The translations under genes were made by a program, and so were the position numbers. Positions 8,628 to 17,902 of a stretch of DNA of 58,473 bases are shown piece after piece; the first letter of the stretch is position 1, and each line of letters opens with the position of its first letter. Source of the stretch: Nanobdellota archaeon (lineage in GTDB: Archaea > Nanobdellota > Nanobdellia > SCGC-AAA011-G17 > JAGVZF01); NCBI GenBank assembly GCA_038046405.1, contig JBBSWI010000008.1, positions 60,939-119,411 of the forward strand. The letters run 5' to 3'. The notes beneath the pieces were generated by a model that had not been told where the DNA came from, made no database searches, and saw only the letters and a list, made by a program, of their open reading frames with translations.

Positions 8628-10996
8628 CTTTCGAATTTTTTTATTTTAATCAGGGTGCTTATTACCGAATCTGGATTTAATGAAATACTCTGTATTTTGC
8701 TCTTCACTAAAAATTTAGCGAAATCCAAATAATCACTTGGGGCCTGGCCGCAAATTCCAATGTATTTATGGCGCTTATTGCAGGCTTTAATGGCATCCAT
8801 AATTAATTTCTTCACCGCAGGATTTCTTTCATCGTAAACATGGCTCAGCATTGAATTATCCCTGTCTGTAGCCAGAGTAAATTGAGTTAAATCGTTGCTT
8901 CCTATAGAGAAGCCATCGAAAATCTTTAGAAACTCATCAGCTAAGATGATATTAGATGGAATCTCACACATAGCATAGATTTTCAGGCCGTTCTTTCCTT
9001 TTTTCAGGCCGTTCTTTCCAAGCATATTTAGAACGTTTTTTCCTTCTTTAATTGTTCTGACCATCGGCACCATTATCTGCAAGTTCTTAAGACCATACTC
9101 TTTTATCACCCTCTTAATTGCGAGGCATTCCATTTTAAAAGCGCCAATAAATCTCTTGTCATAATAGCGAGACGCACCCCTCCATCCCATCATAGGATTG
9201 TCTTCATTAGGCTCAAACAGAGAACCACCGATCAAGGTCCTGTATTCATTGGTCTTAAAATCACTTAGCCTTAGTATCACTGGCTTAGGGTAGAATGCAG
9301 CAGCAATCTTCGCGATGCCTTCTGCCATTTTATCAACAAAGAAATCTTTTATTTTATAGCCCTTGGTGATTTCCAGAATTTTTCTCTTATCTTTGCTGCT
9401 TAATTTATTAAAGTTCAGTAATGCATTTGGATGTATTCTAATATAAGAGCCCGCAATAAATTCTTCCCTAGCCAAACCAACACCTTGCACAGGCAAAAAG
9501 CTTAATCTAAATGCCTCTTCAGGCTCTCCGATGTTGACCATTATTTTTGTTCTGGTCTTTGGAAGTTTTTTTATGTCATGCTTGATTAAATCGTATTTTA
9601 GAACTCCACTATATACATATCCAGTTTCTCCTTTGCTGCAGTCTATTGTTACTTTAGATTTGTTCTTTAATTTTTTAGTCGCGTTTTCAGTGCCAACAAT
9701 GCAAGGTATTCCTAGTTCCCGAGACACGATTGCAGCATGGCATGTGGACCCTCCACGATTTGTAACTATCGCAGAAGCAATTTTTAGAATGGGCTCCCAA
9801 TCTGGATCAGTCATTTCTGTAACAAGTACTTGGCCTTTTTTGAATTTGTAAATACCTTTCACATTTGAAATTACATTAACCTCACCTGTTCCAATTTTCT
9901 GCCCAACAGAACGTCCTGTTACTAGAACTTTTGATTTTTCCTTTAGTTCGTACTCATAATATAGATTTTTCTTGATATTTGAATGGACAGTTTCCGGCCT
10001 TGCCTGCACGATAAAAAGCTTTTTTGTAATGCCATCCTTTGCCCATTCTATGTCCATTGGCTTATTGTAGTGCTGCTCTATGATGCAGCCCCATCTTGCT
10101 AACGTTAAGATTTCATCGTCATTTAAAGAAAATTTATTTTGATATTTCTTAGAAACAGAAACGTTTTTTGTCGGATGTTTTTTATATTTAGTGTAGACTA
10201 GTCTCTTTTTTTTGTTGCCAAGAGATCTTGAAATTATCGGCTTGAATTTATTTAATGTCGGCTTAAAAACATAAAAAGTGTCTGGATTTACATAGCCCTT
10301 GACTATATTCTCGCCAAGGCCATAGCTTGAGTTAATAAAAACTACGTTCCTGAAACCGCTTTCAGTGTCTAGAGTGAACATAACTCCGGAAGAAGCTAAA
10401 TCGCTTCTTACCATTTTTTGAACTCCGATAGAAAGGGCTATCTTGAGATGGTCAAATTTCTTGTCATGGCGGTAAGAAATTGCTCTGTCTGTGAATAACG
10501 AAGAGAAGCACTTCTTGCATGCTATTAATAATTCTTTTTCACCGCGAATGTTTAAATATGTTTCTTGTTGGCCCGCAAAAGATGCATCAGGAAGATCTTC
10601 TGAAGTGGCGCTAGAACGAACAGCAACATCGCAATTTTTACCATATTCTTGCCGTAATTTTTTATAATATTTTAAAATTTGTTTTTCAAGATCTTTTGGA
10701 ATTTCTAATGAAAGAATTAATTCCCTAATTGATTTGCCAGTTTGCTGCAGGCTCTTTAAGTTTGAAGTGTCAAGATTTTTAAGCAAGGCCTTTATTTTTT
10801 TATCGGCTTTTGAATACTTGAGTAAATAGATGTATGCATTAGAAGTGATGGCAAACCCGTTAGGAATATTAAGGCCTTTTCTTTTTAGTTTAGAATACAT
10901 TTCTCCTAAAGATGCATTTTTTCCACCGACTAGAGGAACATCGCTGTTTCTTATGCTTTTGAAAGGAATTACTAATAGATTTTGTTTTTTAGTGAT
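8624..10996 (-). CDS. ppsA: phosphoenolpyruvate synthase (pyruvate, water dikinase); 5' end extended to an ATC behind a GAGGTG SD
   Basis: GGSTCHAAIVSRELGIPC phospho-His motif. The conserved N-terminal VGGKNASLGEM lies in frame upstream of the first ATG (10900). There is no ATG/GTG/TTG between the upstream stop and this motif. Confidence 0.85.
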   Translation of the reverse strand: MTKKQNLLVIPFKSIRNSDVPLVGGKNASLGEMYSKLKRKGLNIPNGFAITSNAYIYLLKYSKADKKIKALLKNLDTSNLKSLQQTGKSIRELILSLEIPKDLEKQILKYYKKLRQEYGKNCDVAVRSSATSEDLPDASFAGQQETYLNIRGEKELLIACKKCFSSLFTDRAISYRHDKKFDHLKIALSIGVQKMVRSDLASSGVMFTLDTESGFRNVVFINSSYGLGENIVKGYVNPDTFYVFKPTLNKFKPIISRSLGNKKKRLVYTKYKKHPTKNVSVSKKYQNKFSLNDDEILTLARWGCIIEQHYNKPMDIEWAKDGITKKLFIVQARPETVHSNIKKNLYYEYELKEKSKVLVTGRSVGQKIGTGEVNVISNVKGIYKFKKGQVLVTEMTDPDWEPILKIASAIVTNRGGSTCHAAIVSRELGIPCIVGTENATKKLKNKSKVTIDCSKGETGYVYSGVLKYDLIKHDIKKLPKTRTKIMVNIGEPEEAFRLSFLPVQGVGLAREEFIAGSYIRIHPNALLNFNKLSSKDKRKILEITKGYKIKDFFVDKMAEGIAKIAAAFYPKPVILRLSDFKTNEYRTLIGGSLFEPNEDNPMMGWRGASRYYDKRFIGAFKMECLAIKRVIKEYGLKNLQIMVPMVRTIKEGKNVLNMLGKNGLKKGKNGLKIYAMCEIPSNIILADEFLKIFDGFSIGSNDLTQFTLATDRDNSMLSHVYDERNPAVKKLIMDAIKACNKRHKYIGICGQAPSDYLDFAKFLVKSKIQSISLNPDSVISTLIKIKKFER

Positions 10997-11045
10997 GGTT
11001 TCACCTCTTTTACTTATTTAATAATTTTTAAGTTTAAATACCTTA

Positions 11046-11408
11046 TTAATTAGGTAAAGAACATCCCGACTTTGATGCAAGCTGCTCTATTGTTAGTTCA
11101 CCACTTAACCTTGAGCCATCTTTGAATTCCCATGTAGGATAGCCTTCTATCTTTGCATCCTTGCATATCTGCATTTGTCCACGGCCGTCTGGAGTAGAGC
11201 ACTCTATGCTGTTAATATACTGAAATGAATCTCCGAACATCTTTTTCTGGTTGGCGCAATGAGGGCACCAAAAAGCGCCATAGAATTTCACGCCATTATC
11301 GGTGAGGCACTTCGCAAAATTATCCAGCTGAGGACTGGCTTTTTTTGTGCAGCTAGACAAAAACAATAAAGAAATTAAAAATAGTGATACTATAATCGCT
11401 TTTTTCAT
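11046..11408 (-). CDS. secreted/lipid-anchored thioredoxin-fold protein (WCPHC)
   Basis: Signal peptide with LSSC lipobox-like site. GAFWCPHCANQKKMFG...IEGYPTW resembles the thioredoxin-like domain that accompanies VKOR proteins. Confidence 0.7.
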   Translation of the reverse strand: MKKAIIVSLFLISLLFLSSCTKKASPQLDNFAKCLTDNGVKFYGAFWCPHCANQKKMFGDSFQYINSIECSTPDGRGQMQICKDAKIEGYPTWEFKDGSRLSGELTIEQLASKSGCSLPN

Positions 11409-11509
11409 ATCAAAAATTTTTATCCTGATAGAGTTTATAAATGTTTTTAAAATTTTAAACTATAGTTAAAACAAATAGTTTTAAATATTATTCAATATTG
11501 TTAATTTAT

Positions 11510-11872
11510 ATGAGAACCATGGTGATGCCTCAGGAGATTGAGGTGTGGTACATAATTCCGGGCATAAGGGCGGAATTTGCAAAGAGTCTTAGTTCTAAAG
11601 GATTGCCGCAAAAACAGATAGCGAAGATGCTTGGCATTACAGAGCCGGCAGTGTGCCAATATTTAAAAAATAAGAGGGCCAGCACTCTCAAGTTTAGCCA
11701 TGACATCATTGAAGACATAAATAGATCTTCTGATCACCTAAAGAATAACTCTGATTTTATTAAAGAAACCCAAAAAATCTGCGGAAAGCTTATGGATTCT
11801 GGATTTATATGCAAGGTCCATAAGGAATACAACAAGGATCTTCCCAAAGACTGCAACATCTGCCAGCACTAA
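11510..11872 (+). CDS. HTH transcriptional regulator with a Cys-rich C-terminus (COG2522-like)
   Basis: EVWYIIPGIRAEFAKSLSSKGLPQKQIAKMLGITEPAVCQYLKNKR plus C-terminal ICGK...FICK...CNICQH. The start is uncertain (11498, 11510 or 11525). Confidence 0.55.
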   Translation: MRTMVMPQEIEVWYIIPGIRAEFAKSLSSKGLPQKQIAKMLGITEPAVCQYLKNKRASTLKFSHDIIEDINRSSDHLKNNSDFIKETQKICGKLMDSGFICKVHKEYNKDLPKDCNICQH

Positions 11873-14074
11873 TCAATAAGTTATTATCGGGAATTCTTGC
11901 TCTTTGTATGGTATTTTTACATAGCTGATTTTTTTCAGATTTTCTAGCGAGTTTGCCTTTACAACTAAATCTGATATTGTATATAGTATGTTGTCTATGT
12001 ACAATGATCTTCTTATCTGGTAGCGGTAGTCATAATAATATCCTTTTTCTGAAAGCTCAGTGAGATTTTCTTCTGAAAGATGTGAAACCCGGCCTTTAAG
12101 CTTAAATCCATCTTCAAGGTTTAATGAGAATACATATGCACCGATATATTTCTCCTCGCCGTATGCGCTTGGAGGAACATTTCCTTGGTATTTCGAAGAA
12201 TCTATGATTCTTAATGTTATCGGCAACACTAGCAATTCTTTCTCCTTGTCAAACAAAAATGCCTTGTGCTCATACAAAGCTTCTGAATCTGTTCCCCTGT
12301 CTCCAATATTGAATTTTGAAATTTCCTTTGGATTTTCAGGATCTGAAACATCAAACAAAGCTAATTTAATTCCTTGGTATAGTGCGAAGTCCCTGCCTGT
12401 GTCTTCCATGTCTATAGCTTCCTTTCCCAAACCAATGATATGAGTTTCATCATATGGATGCAAGTAATTCGAGTAGCCAGGTATTTTTAATTCTCCTAGC
12501 AGTTTTGGATTTTCAGGATCTTTCAAATCTATCACAAACAAAGGATCTGTGTTCTTGAACGTAACAATATATGCGCGGTTCTGCATGAACCTTACAGAGT
12601 AGATTTTTTCCTTAGCACCCAGATCTTCTAGCTTCCCTGTTATGCTTAAATCTTTGTCTAACACATATAGGTGGTTCAATGAAGTGCCACTCCATGCTTC
12701 TCCTGTTGTCGTAGCAATTCTGAAATTGTCTTTGTACTCGTCCATCGAGAACTGATTTAATACAATCCCAGGCACTTCTCCACGGGCCTTATATTCAATA
12801 CTGCTCTTGTCGATAGAAATTTTATGGATTACTGTCTTTTGCGTTTCTTTCTGTATTTCTGTTTCTACATCTTTTGTCTTTTTAGCAACCTTATCCATAA
12901 AATCCTTTTTTTCTTCCTCAGAAAGCTTATTATAATAAACCTGCACCAGATTGTCTATCTCAGACTGCTTATCATAATAAGGAAGATCTTTTTTAAGGAC
13001 GTTATTTATTTTAGATGAAGTTTCAGAATCCACCAATGAAAGCAATACTTTCCCCAATACACGTTCTTGGTATTCCGTGTAAGGAATATATTTCTGCGAG
13101 GTCAAATAAACATTGTCTTTGGAAACAAAAATGTTTTGAGTATAGCCTGTCAAGAAGCTCTTTTTCTCCAAACTTGAATCGTCATTCACGTCAAACGCAA
13201 TTATCGTGGTTAATCTGTATGAATCATCAAATATGTCAAAATAATAGATCTCTTCAGGCATTACCTTTATTGGCAGGTTATTTTCTTTTATGGCAGGCAT
13301 TGTTATTACATCGTCACGATACATTATAGGCTGGTTTATTACTGCATAAACATAGTTGCCAATCATCCTTGAGTTGTAATAGTCGCCGTCATAGGAAATT
13401 GTGTTGAAGAGTTCAGGATTTTTTATGTCTGAAATATCATAAACCTTAATGAAAGACATTGGGGAATAATATATTGGCGGGAATATCATGCTCTCACGGG
13501 CAACTCCTACGGCTTCTGCTCCGGAGTTTGCTGAAGATGTTTCAGAGTCTTTTTCTAAGGGCATAGGCCCTTGGTAGTAATAGTTTTCCCTTCCGAAAAC
13601 TATTAGCTTGTCTTTGTTTATGAAAATCCCGTCTATGGAACCATTAGCATCTATACTAGAAATAATCTCCATATCATCGGCAGGGTAAGCTTCTATGATA
13701 TACACTATACCGTTAGAAACCTTATATATATATTTGCCATCATTTTTTATTATGTCTGCTTCATCTACTCCCTCTACTTGAATATTTGTTGTCGAATAGC
13801 CGATACTAGAGGAATCAGATGCTTTTTCAGCACCAGCAGCTGTAGGAGTTGCAGTTGCCAAGGTTTCTCTTAAATACTGGCCATAATAGCCTTGACTTTG
13901 CCTTTCTTTCAGGAAACTTTTTAGTTCATCCGAGGAGGAGAATTTTTTTGCGATTCCATAACTTGTTGCAGTCTCTATTTTGCAGCCCGCTAAAAACAAA
14001 ATGCCTATTAATAAAGTTATGATGATTAAACTTTTGTTTGTGTTTTCCATATTTGTTGCCATATCTCTTAGCAA
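11873..14074 (-). CDS. secreted beta-propeller domain protein (COG4880-like)
   Basis: N-terminal TM/lipobox LFLAGC. YSTTNIQVEGVDEADIIKNDGKYIY is typical of the Beta_propel family. Confidence 0.65.
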   Translation of the reverse strand: MLRDMATNMENTNKSLIIITLLIGILFLAGCKIETATSYGIAKKFSSSDELKSFLKERQSQGYYGQYLRETLATATPTAAGAEKASDSSSIGYSTTNIQVEGVDEADIIKNDGKYIYKVSNGIVYIIEAYPADDMEIISSIDANGSIDGIFINKDKLIVFGRENYYYQGPMPLEKDSETSSANSGAEAVGVARESMIFPPIYYSPMSFIKVYDISDIKNPELFNTISYDGDYYNSRMIGNYVYAVINQPIMYRDDVITMPAIKENNLPIKVMPEEIYYFDIFDDSYRLTTIIAFDVNDDSSLEKKSFLTGYTQNIFVSKDNVYLTSQKYIPYTEYQERVLGKVLLSLVDSETSSKINNVLKKDLPYYDKQSEIDNLVQVYYNKLSEEEKKDFMDKVAKKTKDVETEIQKETQKTVIHKISIDKSSIEYKARGEVPGIVLNQFSMDEYKDNFRIATTTGEAWSGTSLNHLYVLDKDLSITGKLEDLGAKEKIYSVRFMQNRAYIVTFKNTDPLFVIDLKDPENPKLLGELKIPGYSNYLHPYDETHIIGLGKEAIDMEDTGRDFALYQGIKLALFDVSDPENPKEISKFNIGDRGTDSEALYEHKAFLFDKEKELLVLPITLRIIDSSKYQGNVPPSAYGEEKYIGAYVFSLNLEDGFKLKGRVSHLSEENLTELSEKGYYYDYRYQIRRSLYIDNILYTISDLVVKANSLENLKKISYVKIPYKEQEFPIITY

Positions 14075-14140
14075 GTTAATTGTCTATATAAATCTGGCGT
14101 AGGCTTCAACTTAACTTGAAGCTTTCATAGGATTTATATA

Positions 14141-15823
14141 CTATTTTGAAAGCATTTTTCTCCTGTAGTTTATGTAATTTCTATAGTATATCTTTCCCCA
14201 CTTCTTTATTCCTTTATTGCTCAGGTGAAGCAAGTAATCAGCGATTTTCTGCCCCGAGAACAATTCTGGAACTATTACGAAATCCGCGCCAGCCCTGTAA
14301 AGCTCTATTGCAGCTTCAATTTCCTTTGATATTACAAATATCAATGATTTGCTGCCTTTCATTTCCCTTATTAGGAACTTGTCATCCTCGAAACTCGGGA
14401 CTGTCGAGATAACTATTTTAGGGTTTGCTAGTTTTATCTTTTCTATCACATCATAATCAGAAACGTCCCCATATAAATAAGGGATATTCTCCTTAGAAAG
14501 CTTCTCTGTTATCCTTGGATTAAAGTCCACTATAAGGAATTTCTTCTTTTCTTTTTTTAAATACTTGATTAAGTTGAAAGCTCCCCTGTCGCCGCCTATA
14601 ATCACAACATCATAATGCGCAAATTCTTGATAGTTATGCTTGCCTTCTATTGTTTCCTTTCTTTCAAAAACTTCGAGGTATCTCTTCAGCTTTTTGTATA
14701 TCTTATCATTATAGACTATTATGTAAGCAGAGCCTGTTATTGTTATTATGCCTATTAATGTTACTAGGGAGGCTATTTCTTTTGAGATATGATTTAACTT
14801 AAGGCCAATTGCCACCAGTATCAATGAAAACTCGCTTATTTGCGCTATCGCAACTCCTGTCATAAAGCCTGTTTTTTTTCTATAGCCAAAAATGCCCATC
14901 ATTATCATTACTATTATCGGATTGCCTACTAAAACAAACAAAGACAATAAAATAGCTGGGACTATAAGGCTCTTCATGGAAAGCAGCTCTATCTGCAATC
15001 CGAGACTAACAAAGAATATGACTATGAAAAAATCCCTTAGGTGTTTTATTTTGTTGATTATGTCATAGCTATATGGAAGAATGGCAAGGCTTATTCCTGC
15101 AAGGAAAGAGCCTATTTCTATTGAAAGCCCGAGCAAGTATGAAACAACAGAAATCAGGAAGCACCATGAAAGACTTGTTATCAGCAACAATTCCTGGGAA
15201 TGGGCAGCATTCTTGAATAGCTTTGGTAATACTGTCTTTGAAACGAGAAATATAAGAAATACAAGCAACAAGAACTTCAGCATTAACAGAAATAATACGC
15301 TGGCAGATGAATTTTCGTTTGCTCCGGCCAAGAAAACTAAGGTTATTAATGCAAGAAAATCCTGGACCAATAAGATCCCTATAGTGATTCTTCCGTATAA
15401 AGTGTCTAGTTCGTCCTTGTCTGTCAAAAGCTTGACTACAATTACTGTGCTGCTGAAAGTCAAGGCCAAACTAATGTAGACAGAAGTTAGATTGTCAAAG
15501 CCAAGGACCTTTATGAAAAAATATCCTATTACTGCAGTGAATAGCACTTGCCCAAGTCCTGCAATCAATGAAATCCTTCCAAGCTTTTTCACATGGTTAA
15601 AGTTCAGGCTCAAGCCGACTAAGAAAAGCAGCAATGAAATCCCTATCTCTGAGAGAATATTTAATGTGTCTGAAGGCTTCACTAAGTTTAATACAGTGGG
15701 CCCGAGCAAAATTCCTGTCAGGATATATGCTATAATCAACGGCTGCTTGAACTTTCTCCCTATGATCGCAACTATGGTGGCAGCAATGATTATCAAGCCG
15801 AATTCCAAAAATAAGTTACCCAT
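14141..15823 (-). CDS. Kef-type cation:proton antiporter (CPA2) with C-terminal TrkA-N/RCK domain
   Basis: About 11 TM segments, then VVIIGGDRGAFNLIKYL (Rossmann GxGxxG-like). Confidence 0.85.
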   Translation of the reverse strand: MGNLFLEFGLIIIAATIVAIIGRKFKQPLIIAYILTGILLGPTVLNLVKPSDTLNILSEIGISLLLFLVGLSLNFNHVKKLGRISLIAGLGQVLFTAVIGYFFIKVLGFDNLTSVYISLALTFSSTVIVVKLLTDKDELDTLYGRITIGILLVQDFLALITLVFLAGANENSSASVLFLLMLKFLLLVFLIFLVSKTVLPKLFKNAAHSQELLLITSLSWCFLISVVSYLLGLSIEIGSFLAGISLAILPYSYDIINKIKHLRDFFIVIFFVSLGLQIELLSMKSLIVPAILLSLFVLVGNPIIVMIMMGIFGYRKKTGFMTGVAIAQISEFSLILVAIGLKLNHISKEIASLVTLIGIITITGSAYIIVYNDKIYKKLKRYLEVFERKETIEGKHNYQEFAHYDVVIIGGDRGAFNLIKYLKKEKKKFLIVDFNPRITEKLSKENIPYLYGDVSDYDVIEKIKLANPKIVISTVPSFEDDKFLIREMKGSKSLIFVISKEIEAAIELYRAGADFVIVPELFSGQKIADYLLHLSNKGIKKWGKIYYRNYINYRRKMLSK

Positions 15824-15905
15824 ATCAACCTCTTTAAACTTTTAAGAAATCATATGTTTTTAAATATTTTTAACTACTCAAGCAAAAAATATGAAAGGAA
15901 GAAAA

Positions 15906-16140
15906 TTACCTTCTTCCCAAAGTGACTTCTATTGTTGAGACTCTTACTAGCCTGTGCTCTTTGTTCTCGAATTCTTCAGAGTTTATCTTTATGTCTTTTA
16001 ACTCAATTATATTCTCTAGAAATCTCTTTGCTGCTACTTCTGCCACGTCCACTGCTCTCGAAATAAATTTCCCTCTTGCCTTTATTACTACTTCTTCTGC
16101 GTTCTGCGTCGTAAACTGCATGACTACACCTGTTACATAA
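15906..16140 (-). CDS. albA: Alba (Sac10b family) chromatin protein, downstream part of an interrupted frame
   Basis: (N)YVTGVVMQFTTQNAEEVVIKARGKFISRAVDVAEVAAKRF...VSTIEVTL, colinear with Alba. Confidence 0.85.
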
Positions 16141-16171
16141 TTATTGGCTCGATAGCCTTGACTACCGAACT
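16141..16171 (-). other. 31-nt insertion in alba; candidate BHB-like intron (boundaries +/-2 nt)
   Basis: Removing it joins ...KPFM to NYV... in frame. It contains a 9-bp stem GUUCGGUAG/CUAUCGAGC. Confidence 0.45.
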
Positions 16172-16236
16172 TTCATAAATGGCTTGCTGCCTATGAACAC
16201 TGTGTGGTCGTCAGTCCTGTGCATTTCCGAAGTCAT
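16172..16236 (-). CDS. albA: Alba N-terminal segment (MTSEMHRTDDHTVFIGSKPFM-) in a different frame from the rest
   Basis: GGGGGT SD-like run 7 nt upstream of the ATG at 16236. VFIGSKPFM corresponds to Alba beta-1. The unspliced frame ends at the TAG at 16162-16164. Confidence 0.6.
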
Positions 16237-16361
16237 TTTTGTTACCCCCATAATACACTACTTGTTTTACTAATTGTTATTGTTTTCTCTTTATGCTAAA
16301 ACCCACATGTTTGTAGAAATTTATAATACTTTCTTTTTTATACATATTAAAGAACAAAGAA

Positions 16362-16550
16362 CTATTCTTTTTTATTTGCTAATCTTGTTATATAGCCAGC
16401 TATGATATTTCTTAATTTCTTTGAGCCAGTATCTAATTTTTCTGTCACTATCTTTTTATTGCTTTCGAAATCCTTCTGGAATGCTTCTTTATTGCTGCTG
16501 AATAAAGAAATTGCTGTCCTTTTTGTTAATGTTGTTTTAATTCTTCCCAT
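16362..16550 (-). CDS. rps17e: ribosomal protein eS17
   Basis: MGRIKTTLTKRTA... N-terminus typical of S17e. Confidence 0.9.
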   Translation of the reverse strand: MGRIKTTLTKRTAISLFSSNKEAFQKDFESNKKIVTEKLDTGSKKLRNIIAGYITRLANKKE

Positions 16551-16582
16551 AATATATGTTGGAAAATTAGGCTTTTTAAAGC

Positions 16583-17902
16583 TTACCCTTTATTTTTACC
16601 TTTATTTCTTTGGAAATTTTTCGAGTTTCTGTAAGCTCTGGATGCGCAGTTTACGGGATTCTTGCATTTGCTGCAATACTCATCCGGGTCTTTGACTCCG
16701 AGGCTTCTGTAATAGTTGTCGTTGTCGCAGTTTGGAGGCAAGATTTTTTTATTCTGCCTTTCGTGCCATAAAAGCTGTGTGTTTATGTAACCTTGTTTTA
16801 AAGGTACGGGATTCTTTGAGTTCCATTCGTTTAATATGGACCTTATTTCATCTTTATTGTAGTTAGTTGATTTTAGGAAATTAATAAGTATGAATAATGC
16901 CCTTTTCCTTCCGTCATTTAAATTGCCCGCCAGAAGCTTTTTTATGCATCCCGGAAAAAATTCTTGAGGTATTTTGTCTATGGAATCCTCGTAATTTTTC
17001 TGACCCTGAATTTTTAATTCCGGCTCTATGGACCTAGTTTTTGCCGCAAAGTCAAAGGCCTGCATTATCAAATGACGGGCTTCTCCTTGCTCGAATTTCT
17101 CCTGGTCAAGAAAATTAAGTTCTGTACTTACGCTTTTTGGATCGGCCATTTCAAGGCTGAAATTTTTCAGTTGCTCTAACGTAATGGGCACAGAGACAAG
17201 GCCAGATTTTTCATTTATAGAATAAGCCGCCCTGAATAAATGTCTTGAGCTTATTAGAATAGTATCAATATCGACTACTGAAAAAGAATCGAATTTTCCG
17301 TCCTTAAACAGAGCTTCTTTTTCTTTGCCTGTGTTTTTGGCGATATCATCGAGATTATGCTTTAAAAGTTCTGATGCCAAATGGTCTTTTATGAGATACT
17401 TAATATACATGGCAATTATCCTCAATCCTTCCGGGAAAAGAAGTTTTGTGTCTAGGTTATTTACCCTGTCTGGAAATGCCCTGAAATGAATTCCTATATG
17501 AAATCCATGATTTCCAGAGAACTTAATATCGATGTTCTTGATATTATGGAATTTAATGGCCTCTATAACTAGTAATGTTGCAATCCTCGAGTATTCTAAA
17601 TGTTTTGAGTCAGTATCCAAAACCAAATCCCAGCCAATCCTTAAGTCATCAAGATCTTTTTTTGACATCCCGGACTTGAGCATTAATGGATTTTGCCATG
17701 TCTCTTCTGAAATGTGGAAAGAATATGCGCCTTGCTTTACTAGTTCTAGTATATCATTGTCATACTGCAGGACATCTGGACGCTTTCCAAAATTGCCGTC
17801 ATGGAACAAAACGCCGATTTCCTTGTTTTTTGCAGCGCTTACTATCTTGCTTTGAATTTCCTTTCTTGAGTAATAATCGAAGTACGGATTAAAACTATTC
17901 AT
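16583..17902 (-). CDS. DNA primase, fused PriS catalytic domain plus PriL-like Fe-S C-terminal domain
   Basis: DLVLDTDS and FSGNHGFHIGI PriS motifs. The C-terminus FFPGCIKKLL...RKRALFILINFL...PPNC...CSKCKNPVNC resembles PriL-CTD. Confidence 0.75.
   Translation of the reverse strand: MNSFNPYFDYYSRKEIQSKIVSAAKNKEIGVLFHDGNFGKRPDVLQYDNDILELVKQGAYSFHISEETWQNPLMLKSGMSKKDLDDLRIGWDLVLDTDSKHLEYSRIATLLVIEAIKFHNIKNIDIKFSGNHGFHIGIHFRAFPDRVNNLDTKLLFPEGLRIIAMYIKYLIKDHLASELLKHNLDDIAKNTGKEKEALFKDGKFDSFSVVDIDTILISSRHLFRAAYSINEKSGLVSVPITLEQLKNFSLEMADPKSVSTELNFLDQEKFEQGEARHLIMQAFDFAAKTRSIEPELKIQGQKNYEDSIDKIPQEFFPGCIKKLLAGNLNDGRKRALFILINFLKSTNYNKDEIRSILNEWNSKNPVPLKQGYINTQLLWHERQNKKILPPNCDNDNYYRSLGVKDPDEYCSKCKNPVNCASRAYRNSKNFQRNKGKNKG

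Noticed and set aside
16141-16171. The alba insert as a transposon-like micro-insertion with the direct repeat TTATG
   Set aside because: Using TTATG as a target-site duplication would reconstruct ...TTTATGTAA (a stop) instead of the conserved MNYV. Only the 31-nt excision without a duplication restores the frame. Insertion by some other mechanism cannot be excluded and is kept as an alternative in the finding.
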